Assembly: GCA_037379345.1 (NCBI GenBank)
Contig: CM074517.1
Location: 38,440,001-38,504,000 of the forward strand
DNA: 64,000 nucleotides
Reading direction: 5' to 3'
Origin: Perna viridis
Lineage: Eukaryota
In this document: positions 50,740 to 64,000 of the stretch, in pieces
Layout of the letters: each line of letters starts with the position of its first letter
Position numbering within the stretch: the stretch's first letter is position 1
Notes under the pieces: generated by a model
Databases searched by the model: none
The model's input: the letters and a program-made list of their open reading frames with translations, nothing else
Told to the model about the DNA's origin: nothing
Program-made: the position numbers and the translations under genes

Positions 50740-52460
50740 ACAGAATTATACTGCTGCATAGAAACTTGGGTTATATCAATGTCTTACACCACTGTTGTAT
50801 GGGAAGTGGGGTTATATCCAAGTCAAACACCACTGCCACATGAGAAGTGGGGTTATACCCAAGTCAAACACCACTGCTACATGGGAAGTGGGGTTATATT
50901 AATGACTAACACACTGTTACATAGGAAGCGGGGTTATATATAATGCCTTACATGACTGCTACATGAGAAACGGGTTATTTTAATGACTAAAACTACTGCT
51001 TCATTGGAAGCGATGTTATATCAATGTATTGCATCACTGTTACATGAGAAGCGGGGTTATACCAATGTCCTGCACTGCTGCAACATGGGAAGTGAGGTTA
51101 TATCATTGACTAACACCACTGTTACATGGGAAGTGGGGTTATATCAATGTCCTGCACCGCTGCTACATGGGAAGTGGGGTTATATCATTGATTAACACCA
51201 CTGTTACATGGGAAGTGGGGTTATATCAATGTCCTGCGCCGCTGCTACATGGGAAGTGGGGTTATATCATTGACTGACACCACTGTTACATGGGAAGTGG
51301 GGTTATATCAATGTCCTGCACTGCTGCAACATGGGAAGTGAGGTTATATCATTGATTAACACCACTGTTACATGGGAAGTGGGGTTATATCAATGTCCTG
51401 CACTGCTGCAACATGGGAAGTGAGGTTATATCATTGATTAACACCACTGTTGCATGGGAAGTGAGATTATATCATTGATTAACACCACTGTTACATGGGA
51501 AGTGGGGTTATATCAATGTCCTGCACCGCTGCTACATGGGAAGTGGGGTTATATCATTGACTAACAGCACTGTTCAGTAGGAAGTGGGGTTACATCATTG
51601 ACCTACACCACTGTTACATGAGAAGTGGGGTTTTATCAATGTCTTACACCACTGCTACATGGGAAGTGTGGTTATTTTAATGACTTACACCGGTGCTACA
51701 TGGGAATGGGGTAATATCAATGATGTCTTACGTCACTGCTTCATTGGAAGTGGTGTTATTTTTATATCTTCCACCACTGCTATTTGATCAGTTTTGCACT
51801 ACTGCTGCATGGGACTTTAGGTTATTATAATGTCTTACACCACTGATACATAGAAAGTGGGATTATTTCAATGTTCTATACCACTGTCATATGGGACGTA
51901 GCAGTATATGATTAGAATGTTTTACAACATTGCTACATTAGAAGTTTGGTTAATATATTGTTTTACACCACTGCTACATGAAAAGTGGAGTTATAGTATT
52001 GTCTAACGCCACAGCTACATGTGAAGTGGGATTATATTAATGTCCGACACCACTGCTACATGGGAAGTGTTTGTATTAGTGTCTTACACCACTGCTACAT
52101 GAAAAGTGGAGTTATAGTATTGTCTAACGCCACAGCTACATGTGAAGTGGGATTATATTAATGTCTTACACCACTGCTACATGGGAAGTGTTTGTATTAG
52201 TGTCTTACACCACTGCTACATGAAAAGTGGAGTTATAGTATTGTCTAACGCCACAGCTACATGTGAAGTGGGATTATATTAATGTCTTACACCACTGCTA
52301 CATGGGAAGTGTTTGTATTAGTGTCTTACACCACTGCTACATGAAAAGTGGAGTTATAGTATTGTCTAACGCCACAGCTACATGTGAAGTGGGATTATAT
52401 TAATGTCTTACACCACTGCTACATTGGAAGTTTGGTAATATTAATGTATTATACTACTGT
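50740..52460. repeat. 41-bp satellite array (~40 monomers) with 82-bp and 121-bp higher-order repeats
   Basis: Monomer ACCACTGYTACATGGGAAGTGGGGTTATATCAATGTCTTAC. Alternating variants at ~51030-51600. GAAAAGTGGAG recurs at 51980, 52101, 52222 and 52343. Confidence 0.95.
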
Positions 52461-53306
52461 TACATGATAACTTCGGTAATATCGATTTCTTGGTATGGCG
52501 CTGTTTTCGTTGTCCGGACGAGTGTATGGCTCTCTGTGAACTATACCAGAAGGTACTGCCGGTATATCTAGCACAAAAGGAGGACGTATTGTTTTGGGGT
52601 CGTGACTTGAACCGAATAGGAACAAGGGGGCAAAAAGAAGCATTTTTCTAATGTCAAGGCAATAACTTACAGATAAATGTTGATGGACCTCAGTGAAATT
52701 TTCCAACAATTTCTTATACTACAAAATGAAGACTGAAAGTTGTGATATGAACTGTCCAGAAATTGTGTGCTATATCCAAAAGAATAGCCAAGGACGTTAA
52801 AAATTCACTTTGTAGTAGTAACTTACGCGTTTGCAATACAAATGCATATAAGGTAGTAGTATCGACTTGATTAATTGAAATTTTATTATCAATCAATTCA
52901 TAAATAACTATAAACGAAGGCAGTCATTCCAAATTATACATCCGAAAGTAAAAGTTAGTATAAACGTATATCTATTAACTTCATCATACTTTGACATACT
53001 GCGCCGAATGTGTTATAGTTCTTATCCAACTATCAAATCTGTTCCCCAGGTAAGTTCGATTCTGAAAAGAACAAAAAAATCGTGGATCAGATACTTGTTA
53101 CTTCTTTGAGGTGAGGGAATAGTATATGTTATATTTGACGAATCTCTATTTTAGAAGCTTCTAAAATCGAATTGTGGAGGTCAAGATATAATTGAAGGCT
53201 TCCTTTATGGTAATTTTATATAGACTAATACCACTATCAATACACATTGATGTTCCTTTTTGGGTAGTTTAAATAGCTCTCCTTGGGACAAAATGTGCCC
53301 TATATG

Positions 53307-53546
53307 CAAGGGCGGATCCAGGATTTTAGATTGGAGAGGAGGGCGCACAGTTAAAATTTTTTAAGATTAAATTTTTTAAATATTCTAGAGTGGGCGCAAT
53401 GCAGATATCTTTTGTGGTAAAATTAGCGAGAAATTAAAGTTTCAACCTAAAACCACCTAAATCAATCCGGGACAACCCATGCTTTGCAAATTTTAGGGGT
53501 GGGAGGGGGGCGCACGCCCGCTACGCCCCACCTGAATCCGCCTCTG
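53307..53546. mobile_element. Short MITE with CA.GGGCGGATCCAG-type TIRs
   Basis: CAAGGGCGGATCCAGG ... CCTGAATCCGCCTCTG. Related termini at ~18800, 25906, 28260, 39590, 60268, 60732 and 63985. Confidence 0.7.
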
Positions 53547-54491
53547 CAATGATAAAATGTGTTCTACTTTATGACCACATTCTTTCTTTGAATAACTGTC
53601 AATAATGAGAAAACCTTAGCCTGTGGCTTATTACTGTTCGGAATACCACACTGGTGAGTGGGACACATGGGTATAATGTTGGACAGAGTTATACCTTTTG
53701 CAAAATATCAAATAACTGAGTAGCCGACCTAGATCTGTTATGAAATTGGTATCACTTTAAGTTCAAATTGCTAAATTTCTTAAGAGGTCCGTGCATCATT
53801 TATTCTGGGAAAGTAAGTTTATATTCATTCAACCAAAGTAATTTATCCACACCAAATAATGACAGTAGAGTGCACATTCCAGTATTTGTTATATCATTAA
53901 AAATTATACCTGAATACTCAATTATTAAAGTTGTCATTGTGTTCGGTTGATTTGACCAATTTGGAACGTACGCAAAAAATGTCCTACACCAAGATACAAA
54001 GTAGTCCCTTAAGCATGCCAATATAAAAAGTTAACAATATTTTTAAATGCATGAACTTTCTTCAAAAAGGGAATTTTATTCTGATAATTTCGAGTCCAGA
54101 GTATGCTGTCTCAAACTTAAATAAACTAATTTGGTGGAACTATAAATCGAGATGGTCTAAATGAAGAATTTTTAGGATTCTCCAGGCTATTCTTAGGGTA
54201 GATGAGTTCCGAGTATCAGTGCTGCACTGCAAGGCAGTAAACCCTTGTGAAATTTTGAGTGACATAGCAGTTTATGTGTATGTTTCAGATGATATATGGT
54301 TTTGGTTAGTTTAAACTTAAGGTAAACTACTGAGGATCCCCTGAAAATGAGCAAATTAACATAGAGAGTAATGGGAATCTGAATTAGTGGTTTGTAGCCA
54401 TAAGTATTTTTGTAAGGAACTAAGAATAAGTTGAGGTATATGTAAATGATAAACCGTTTAAACCCATTTGTGAAAGTATCGACAACCGTAC

Positions 54492-57184
54492 GAGCGTTCA
54501 CAGAGCGGAGCTGCAAGTTTTTGACAAAAGAAGTCATCCCATTGAAAATCTTGATCTTTTTCCATTCCAAGGCAATGTTGGTTCATTCCGCCATTGTTTG
54601 GTTCATTCGGAGCCCATCTAGTGTATGTGATCTTTTGGAATGTTTTAGCCCATAACCATTCGCTTTCATTTAACATGTCTGTACCCCCTAGCCAAACCTC
54701 TCTTGTTGGTATAGATGCTGCAAAGTATAATAATATTATAGTATAAAGATGTTTTTTTTCTGGATCCGATTTGAGAGTTAAAAGAAAATTATCGCTTTTA
54801 CCAAACAATATTTGATAATTTATGCCACGTGGAGTGGAGAGAGAAAAATTGTCGAATATCATATTAAATAACCATATGTCTTTTGGGTTTTGAATGATAA
54901 GAACGTTACCAATTGATATGGAGCATGCCCATGGTGTATAAATCTCCGCGTTGGGTTTCTAGTATGGCAAGCCCTGACCCGAATGTCTTTTTGTGGATCC
55001 GAATTAGGAGTTAAAAAACATTTTTTGCAAACAATATTTGATAACCTTATGCCACGTGGAGTGGAGAGAGAAAAATTGTCAAATATCATAATGATTAACC
55101 ATATATCTTTTGGGTTTTGAAAGATAAGAAAGTTACCAATTAATTTACGGAGCATGCCTTTGATGTATAAATCTTCGCGTTGCGTTTCTAGCATGGCAAG
55201 CCCTGATCCGAATGTCTCACAGAGTTGCTGAAAAAGGCAAGTTAATATAGACGTTTCATGTTTACCAACTTGTATTAACTTGATGCTAGCTAGAAATTTC
55301 TCTATGTCTAAAGAATGGTGATTATAATACGTTCCCTACCTCCCCGCCTTCTCAAGGCTGAAGACGTCACAAGTGTTCGCACTTTCGTTTAGCCCGTAAG
55401 TTTCACGTCAGCTTTCATACTTCTATTTTTAAATGCTTCAAACGATGTAATTTTGCTATTTGTACTTTAACGAGAATGGATGTATGTGCATTTATGATGA
55501 GTTTATAGATTATTTTGAGATTCACTTTGAGGGGTGAATGCTTACCAATAGAAAGTAATGTTTTTAATTTCCGTTTTAGTAGCTTTTGGTGTGAATATAT
55601 TATATAGTTCGCCAATATCCACATTTTTTTTTCACAATGACATCTGGGTACTTAATGCAATTTAATAAAATTATTCGCTAAAGCACATGAAACATCCCTT
55701 TTTCAGTATTAAAATTACAGACTTCTAACTTGAAAATTATGGGGGGGGGGTAGAATAAAAAAAAAATGAATGTAAAGTAAATTGGTTCAAACCATGGTGT
55801 AAATTGTACAATTTTTTTTTCTAGATTCAATACATTTAGACACACGAACAGACAGCGGTATCCAAGTCCGTAATGCGTCTGTCACTGACGTAGAAAACCA
55901 AGCTCCATGGTGAGTTTCGATCGGAGCTTAGAAGAAAACAATTTTTTTTTGTTATCGATACATCTTCGGTTACAATGCCAACTTTACCATTGCTTCAGCC
56001 CAGGTACAAGTTACATTCAGGAGGACATAACACGACTCCTCATGATGGAAAAATCCAGGAGGGCATGATGATCCCAATACTGAATATATATCAAAATGTT
56101 TAATTTATTTTTAAAGCTTTTTCATTCATTTTTTTTTTATTAAGTATATATGAGTAACAATCATTTCTGATCATTGTCAGTGAATAACGCATAATTTTGC
56201 TATACACTGGACCAACATCAACATATGTCGAGTTGTCCGGTTGTCCTGTTTTTCGTTTCGTTTGTTTGTTTGTTTGTTAACATTGTTTTTTTCTGTTCTG
56301 TTCTGTTTTTTTTTGTTGTGTCATGTTAATAGGCAGAATTTTCACATTTTCATCTCTAGTACGTTTTCCAGCTTCGCTTGAAAAATTAATTGAAATCCTG
56401 TTTAAACCCAACATTTTTTTAAGTCCACAAAGTGTTCTGTTTATACAGGTTTTGTGTTAAAAAACTCGCATTAGTATATATATAAATTTTGCAACACAAG
56501 TTTTAAGTACTCATGCCCAGACAAACCGCTCCAGAATCCAACTTTAGACCCTGCTGAGATAATAGATACATTAATGACCACATCTCTACTATCGCGTTAC
56601 CAAAGATATTAATTAGTGCCTGTAGGGGGCAGATCAAAATTTTTTGGGGGTATTTCTTGGCATTTCTCCGTCTAAGGTTCAGGCAAAATGTGTATTAAAT
56701 GTGGCACATGAAGAAAAAAAACGCAGAGATTTTATTACATTAACCAAGTGTTTTTACTCGATAACCTCCAGAAATAACCATTAAAGTGTTTGTAAAATTT
56801 GCCTTTTTAAGATATTGAAAGGTGAAATTTATTTGAAATTCACTATGTAAATTGGCGGGAAAATTTCCCCGCACATTTTCCTTAAATAAGCAGTCAATAA
56901 TATCTATGTCACAGATGCTTCAGTATAAATATAAATTACTTTTCAGTTGTTTCTAGATGTATTGAATTTATTTGAGGAAAAAGGACCAAATTGAAATATA
57001 TGATGTGCCACCCATTGCCTGATTCCTACACAGAGTGTTACTTAATTATCGCAATAATAAAAACATCGGCAATAATTTCTGAATTTACAATATTTTCGCC
57101 CATGTCCTTTCTACTTAAGTACTTTACTAACCACTTACCACAAAGAAAATATGAACAAACTACAACAAATGTCTTCATCTCCAT
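54492..57184 (-). CDS. C-type lectin A (perlucin-like, secreted, EPN/WDD); terminal exon unresolved
   Basis: Exons 57184-57139 (signal peptide), 56079-55988 (CPPGFFHHEESCY, TWAEAM), 55227-55137 (LCETFGSGLAMLET), 54717-54492 (WLGGTD, WAPNEPNN, HCL, WDDFFC, PLCE). Same exon phases as lectin B. Confidence 0.85.
54770..54995 (-). pseudogene. ~225-bp tandem duplication carrying a partial, frameshifted copy of lectin A exon 3
   Basis: Duplicates ~54995-55215. It keeps the ATTG|GTAAC donor but lacks the exon 5' end and acceptor. Confidence 0.8.
56662..57041 (+). mobile_element. MITE family B, copy 3 (lectin A intron 1)
   Basis: Homologous to 34492-34875, followed by TTAA. Confidence 0.75.
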
Positions 57185-58105
57185 AACATATTATATACTC
57201 CAATAAATTCGTGCAGGTATATATGATAAGCGAGTAAATTCCTTTATAGTTCAGAAAAATCCGAATCGTTATGATAACATGGTAAGAGTTAAATGGGGTA
57301 TGAATGGGAACAGGTAGTAGTGGTGGATATAGGGCGTCCTGGAGTTGCTAACTTTTGTACGATGAACATCCACCTTTTATATAAATATGTTGATCCGCCC
57401 CAGGAGGGTGTTCTGATCGAATATAAATTAACTCGCCATCAGGGAGGTTCAGACCATTTTTTAAACATCATTTTATGAGTTATTCAAGTTTTTTTTTACA
57501 ATTTCATTCTACTAAAACTTCATGATTTGTACAACATATGCAGGAGTAAATACGGGAACTGACGAACGGGGGTGAGGGTGGCTGACTGAACACATATTGG
57601 GTGCGCACCATCACGTGTCAGTGATTTTCATTCATTTCAAGTACCTTTTTCCGAAAAAAAAAAAAAAACAGACGGATGCACGCCGGTCTGGATCTGCCTT
57701 TGACATACCCACGACTTGTTAGCATTACTTGTACATGTATTTACTTAACTGTTATCGACGTCGGGTTTTCTTTAATCCAAGAGTTATATTTCTTAGAACG
57801 CTATAGAACTACCGCTGTCTACAGTTGCAAGTTCCTAAACTACTACAATAACAATAATTGGTACTTCGTTTCCCATACTCCTAATGAATGATGGCAGTGA
57901 ATCCACAATTATAAGCAGCTTACAAGCCAACCTCTAGCAACGCTGGAGAATAATTCCAAAAAAAAAGCTTTTTTTGTATTATCGAGGTTGTAAATATGGA
58001 CCTCAAAGTATGTTTGTGAGTTATTATGTCAGTTTATGGACTCCATGATTTCCGTCTTTATGAAAAATAAACAAACACAATTTATTTAATGTTTATTTCA
58101 AATCC

Positions 58106-61100
58106 TTAACCTATAATCTCTTGGCCAACATCGGTATCCATGCTGAAATACATAATAGGAAATACATGTCTTAATTTTTTGTTTAAAAAGATTTTTTACG
58201 GAAATCAGATTCAAAAAACTATTGCTGTAAACGCCATCTGAACTTGTTTTAAAATCTGTTCAAACTGCGTTCGATTACAGAAAAATCAAGAAACCCAGTT
58301 TAAAGAAAACGGGCAAATATACTATTTAACCGTCACATTCCAGCCATAGGCGACCAAAAACGGTCTGAAAAATTGGTTCTTAATTATATAGTAAATCTCT
58401 GGAAATTACTGGAGCTGGTCCACTCTTAGGTTAGTCAGTATCCATTTTTTTTCGAAATGTCTGGATCCGATACTGCTAGTTGCTTACAAATGCTACATGT
58501 CAGGAAAGATACAAAATTCTTGTAGCCTGGTTACGAATTTTTTGATGAGCAAACTGGTACATGTATGTATGGAATTTCTGAACTAAGATTATTTATCCGA
58601 AATTTAGACTTCGAAAGAATAATCAAGGGAACCAAGGTTATAGCGGTAATGAAAGGAATGTAATCCACGGACGGACAAAGATCAGACATGGAAAACAGAC
58701 ATACTCAACAAAGAACATAAAGTAACTAAAATCATACATACAAAGTAACAAAAGCGAATGAGCAACTCGGACTCCATTAAAAACTGGGAGCATGGACCAG
58801 TTGCACCGGTGGGATAAGCGTCCTCTGCTTTTCTAGAAACACCCGCCGAGTTGCTCATAAAAAGTGAAGTCCGGGATAGACGAAGGAGGAAAGGGAAACT
58901 ATGACACGTTGAACAAATCAGTTTTCATGGCGCAGATGGATACACCATAACGATCCACAAGTTCTTGATGACGACCACAAAACTTCTGTAGTGATTACTT
59001 CAATCTTGTAGCTACACAACCTTATTCCAGAAGCCCATTTGTTTGAATTCTGGAGCAATACAAAAAGTCAGCGTAGTTTCGGCGAGCTCTGGCATAACGT
59101 ATGAGTTGGGATATGAACACTCCATCCGCAGGTGCTGAAGGAATGTTGCCACAGATGAAAGGAAAGTTGACAATTCTGAATGAAAAGTCATCACGTTTTT
59201 GGTCAATAGTTTACTTTACCATCGATTTCTAAGTGTAGGTCAAGATATGAGGCTGACTTCACAGTGTCTGTGGTATCCTTTATCTCAAGTTCTTTTGGTT
59301 AGATGCCATGTATCAAATCCCCGAAATTAGGATTGTTTAAAGATAATACGTCATCTATATAGCGGAAACTGATATTGAAAGATCTAGATCATACTTACGA
59401 ACGTTCACAAAAAGGCGTAGCCATTTTAGTACAAAAGAAGTCATCCCATTTAAAGTCTTGATCTCCCTCCATCCCTAGGCAATGCTGGTTCTTTGCTGCG
59501 AGGCCATTATTTGGTTCATTCGGAGCCCAGCGGGCATACGCAATTTTCTGGAACGTTTTAGCCCATAGCCATTCCCCCTCATTGAGCATGTCTGTTCCAC
59601 CTAACCACACTTCTTTTTCGTGTATGGATGCTATATTAATTGAAAGAGAGAGTGAGAGGGGATTACATTCTAATATTGGGAAGTTCTGGATTAAAACTAG
59701 ATTTTTAACTGGAAACTGCTTTATCTTAACGGATTAAAAAGGTATAAGAGGACAATCATGGGATTAAATTAAAACAGTCTAAACCAAACTCTTTTTGGAC
59801 TGGGAAATTTGTCCAGTTAAGGCAGGTGTTTTGTTTACAGAGGTTCAAATTCTTTTGAAACTGAATGGACCTAAGATGATGTCTGGTTTATGCTGCTTGT
59901 TTACCGGTTTGGTCAGTGTTCGATTTTGACAGTTTATTGTCCATGGCACAGTAAAATGTATTTACATATGAAATAGGGATCAACTAAAAATTCTCAATTC
60001 AAGGAACATATGGTATTAATTTTAGATGATATTTTGGAAGGTTCTTTGTTTAAAATAAGTACATACGAAAAAGTAATCAAGATTACACAATAACAGACGG
60101 CAAATGATGATCTATACTATTTACCCCTTAATTTTTGTAACATTCCTTTAATAAATATATCTTCGTGTTGTGTTTCTATGACTGCCAAACCAGCACCAAA
60201 AACTTCACACAGTTGCTGTCAAAGAGTAGTTAAAAAATCAATTAGATCAAAACTCCGCTTTTAATGCCAGGCGCGGATCCAAGAACGAGTGTGCATAGTC
60301 GAGCCTACATCCCATATATTGGGTATTTTTTTATTCCATATTTGTTTTTGTTGTTGTTGCTTCTTTTGCGTGAAGACTTTATTTATCTATTACAAGTTCT
60401 CTTCTTCTAAAAATTGTATTGCCTCGCTTCGCTTGGTGTGTAATTCTATTAACGCCTCCTGGCAGGCTGTTGAAGGATTGGTTCCATACTTTATTGTTTT
60501 CCCACATAATCTTGTATTTAGTCTGTTCTGGTCGTAAACTACAATTCGACGTTTCTTTAATTATCAGCCGAAAACACAAAATGAGAGACACAAACGGATG
60601 AACTGACAAACGAACTTATGAGCATCAATACACACCTGACTGGACCGATTTGAGCTTGCCCTAAGGTGTTATTTTATTTGTATTTTATCAGATGAGGTCG
60701 TTGTCTAGTAGCAATATTTCTGCACCCCACTGTGGCAGACCAAGGGAGGGGGCTGGGGTTGTTAAACCCTCCCCAATTGTTCGAAAATTTTGTTTTGTGC
60801 AAAATGTTGGGGAAAAAAAGAGCAAATTATAGCCTGTTACACCCTAATCTAGTTGTCTGGATCAGACTTAATTTGATTAATTTCTTGATCCGCTCCTGCC
60901 CCTCCCGTTTGACTATCATATCAAAATAATATTTGGTAAAACTTAAATTATAGAACTCTTACCATGGCCTCAGCCCAAGTACTTGATACATTTAATATGA
61001 CGTAGCATGACTCTTCGTGGTGGAAGAAACCAGAAGGACAAGATCCAAAGACTGCAAGCGAGGCTACAGTTGAACAGCACCAAACCATAATTACACATAA

Positions 61101-61697
61101 AAAGTTGTGAAATAGGCAAAATGAAATGGCAGTTATGACGTCAGTTTAAAAAATAAGTTATTTGGTACAAGTCTTTAAGAAGCACTCCAGCTAAGAATCA
61201 TGCAAAATGTGATTCACGGGTGGAAAGCCTAAATATTTTTATTTTTGATATTTTGTTTGAATTGCCACAGTAAACAGATATTAACATTCGGATTCTCATA
61301 TATCCCGAGTTCTCAGGAGATAAAAATTATATGGAATGCACTGTAGATTTCAAAATTAAGGGAGATAACTCTGTAGATGAAACTCAGATATAACAGATTC
61401 TATTGGATTTCCAAAGTTGATTATCTCCTAAGAGCAGACAGATTTGTATGAATAATTACACATTTCATGATATAGACCCATAAAATAACTTAATTACAAA
61501 AATAAAAATATGTAGCCATAGAGAGAGCTAATTAAAAATGGGACACAATGAAAGTATGCTTCACTGTAGATGTAAGCTTTGACTGTGACATAACACGTAC
61601 TTCCCACCACTCACGTTCTGAATAATAATAAAAGCTAAACATGCTTACCGTAAGAGCATATCAAGACTATAGTAAAGAATCGATTGTTACACTCCAT
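58106..61697 (-). CDS. C-type lectin B (perlucin-like, secreted, EPN/WDD), 165 aa
   Basis: Exons 61697-61649, 61051-60963, 60215-60125, 59630-59399, 58142-58106 (SMDTDVGQEIIG*). GT-AG, in frame, 498 nt, with AATAAA just after the stop. Confidence 0.88.
58615..59388 (-). mobile_element. 5'-truncated Penelope-like element in lectin B intron 4
   Basis: Reverse-complement homolog of ~35860-36625 (FRYIDD through 3' UTR). Confidence 0.85.
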
Positions 61698-62199
61698 TTT
61701 GAGAATTGTATATGTATTATATGCTTTTATCTGTAAATACTAACGTATTAAATTCCATTTTAGTTTGGTACATAAACCATTCAACCCTGGTCAATGTTTA
61801 ACATGTACTATGGTATCAGCACGTGTTCCTCTTCCCAGTCCTCAACATGTAGGATTACCCGATAATCTTGAGTTTTCAATGGAATTTCTCTATTGGGGCC
61901 TGAATCATATGACAAATGCAAATCAAGTTTTATCACAAATATTTCCAACTAATTGCAATCGCAATCGCAACTACTCGGCCATTTCCGCTGCAAGTTTTTT
62001 AAAGCCTGGGTAATTCCGATTGTTTGCTATCGTTGAAACGCGGGAAAGTTACTATTTCTATTAATTTAAAACACTAAAAAATGACAAGATTAAAATTAAA
62101 CTAAACCTTAACATTACTATTTAGGAAGTACATGGTCATATTCCCCGAGGGTATTTGTCCGAAATACTCGTATGACATGAAGAAAACCAGAAACATAAC

Positions 62200-63938
62200 A
62201 TGGCACTTATAGATACTACCAAGGTCAGTTTAATTAAAAACACTTATTATGGGTTTAGTAATAAATGAAAGAGTATAATCTTATATTAAGAGAGTTTTTT
62301 GTTTACTTTCGTTTTTCTTTATCGTTCAGATAATTGCTTGGAGTCATTCTGAATCGGCTAAATCTGCGTTGAAATTACAGGTCTTTCAGATTTTAACATT
62401 TTATGTATAAAAACTTACTAGTTGTACTTTATTAACTTTGCATTGAAATAACATAAGTAAATAAAGGAAAATACTTTGAAAAGACCCTTTGTGGTAAGTT
62501 GATGAGCAAGGTCATCATACACTTCCGTGAGGTAGAACAAAATAAGCATATAATGAGCATGCTGAACGCATGCTCATCGACAATTCCACAGTGAGCACAT
62601 AATGGCCTATTGCAGAACAAAAATATGCATCCAAAAACTCTTGGTAAACATTTTCTATCGCTTCGCTCGACTTTCGACACATGAGCACCAAATGCAGCTT
62701 GTAGTCTCTGGAAGCCTTATAAATAAAATAGTTCGCTTTACTGAAGGGGACGATTATTTTTGACGACCATTGTATTAATTCGTTTTTAATTCTTTTTACA
62801 GGAAAAGTTGAAAGGTAACAGAAACAAGACATTAACTTTAACGGCAGTTTTCATATTAACTAGCTGTTGCACATTATTAACTCTTAGCAAGTATAAGTTG
62901 AGCTTCGCGATGATACGTAATTCTGTAATCAACGATTTTGACGTGTCCACTACAAATTCTACTATCGATTTCCTTTCTACTACCAAGGGTAAAAACAGAT
63001 CATTTTACATAAAGTGGTACAAACACCCACCATGGCTTCCGAATAAATTTGATTTTAAAACTTGTGAATTTTTTAACTGCAAATTAGGAGAGAAAGTTAA
63101 TCACATACCTAGTGACGTTATCATATTCCACCACAGACATTTGAAGACAATATTTCCGAGAAAATCAAAGGGCCAAATTTGGGTCCTATGGGATACAGAG
63201 AGTCCTGCTAACGACAAACCCCTCTCAACAGCCTTGGAGGGGCTGCTCGATTGGACAATTACCTATCGAACCGATAGTGAAATCGTAAATCAACGGATGA
63301 TCATTAGAAACAATTATACGATTCAAAAGAACTATACAGATATTTTTCGAGGAAAAACTAAGTTTGCCGCATGGGCTGTAAGCAACTGCAACACTCAATC
63401 AAAAAGAGAGGAATATGTGAAAATGCTTCAAAGTTATATCGACATTGATATTTTTGGAGAATGCTCGAAAAAGAAAAACATCTGTGAAAATATGAGTTCT
63501 ACAAAGTGTCAGTTGTTGCTTTCACGAGATTACAAGTTCTATCTAGGTTTTGAAAATAGTATTTGTAAAGACTATGTTACGGAGAAACTCCAGCTAAGTT
63601 TTCTTATCGGAAATAATATGATTAATGTATATAGAGGCGCTCCGAATGTTGATTCGTTAGTTCCCTCTGGTACTTTCATTAATACAAAACAATATGGCAC
63701 CCCGAAAGCTTTAGCAGGATATCTAAAACGTTTAGCCTCTAACGAATCTGAATATACTTCGTATCTGAAAGAAAATGATAAGTTTATGTTGTTTGATCAG
63801 AAAACTGAGCGTGCATTTTGTGATTTGTGTAAACTTCTTAACTCTGGTAGTGACAGTGTATCACGGAACACTGGCAAACATTTCAATAAGTGGTTTAGGG
63901 AGGGCGCATGCTCTCAGCCCTCTGATCTTGAAGTATAG
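62200..63938 (+). CDS. GT10 alpha-(1,3)-fucosyltransferase (FucT-C-like)
   Basis: Main exon 62802-63938 (acceptor TTTTACAG, phase 0): TM anchor, ESP, WTITYRTDS, AWAVSNC, REEYVKML, IDIFGEC, YKFYLGFENSICKDYVTEK, FCDLC. Probable first exon 62200-62223 (MALIDTTK|GTCAGT) is less certain. The track's start at 62808 is TTG. Confidence 0.9.
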
Positions 63939-64000
63939 AAAATAATAAAAGTCAATAATAATATTATTTTATATTCATCTTTTTCAGAGGCGGATTCATA

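Noticed and set aside
50740-52460. CRISPR-like array (conserved block plus variable block)
   Set aside because: Variable parts are homologous and periodic, there are no cas genes, and the context is eukaryotic: a satellite.
62808-62810. TTG start for the fucosyltransferase, and GTG start at 4155 for GT43
   Set aside because: Both sit just downstream of splice acceptors and are internal codons.
3567-63938. GT43 as part of one glycosylation cluster with the lectins and FucT
   Set aside because: Over 40 kb and two unrelated genes separate them; no evidence beyond co-occurrence.

Overview
AT-rich, intron-containing animal genomic DNA, most consistent with a bivalve mollusc (oyster-like repeat and gene repertoire; inference). 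Host genes, with exon chains checked by hand for GT-AG boundaries and frame: a GT43 beta-1,3-glucuronosyltransferase (+, 5 coding exons, 300 aa), an NR2E-subfamily nuclear receptor with a CDGCRG P-box, most like NR2E6/PNR-like (-, 7 coding exons, 523 aa), a single-exon BTB-BACK-Kelch protein (+), two tandem EPN-type C-type lectins (-), and a GT10 alpha-1,3-fucosyltransferase (+) head-to-head with the second lectin. The left edge is the 5' end of a Gypsy-type LTR retrotransposon with an open gag that the ORF track misses. The rest holds LINE fragments, Penelope-like (Naiad-type) RT fragments, MITEs, a foldback element and satellites with higher-order repeats. The most interesting unexplained signal is RNA structure. 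Two unrelated TSD-flanked short retroelement families have no tRNA head and begin exactly at 5'-terminal pseudoknots (candidate self-processing RNAs), and there is a separate twister-ribozyme-like remnant. All structure calls are by-eye base pairing and are untested.
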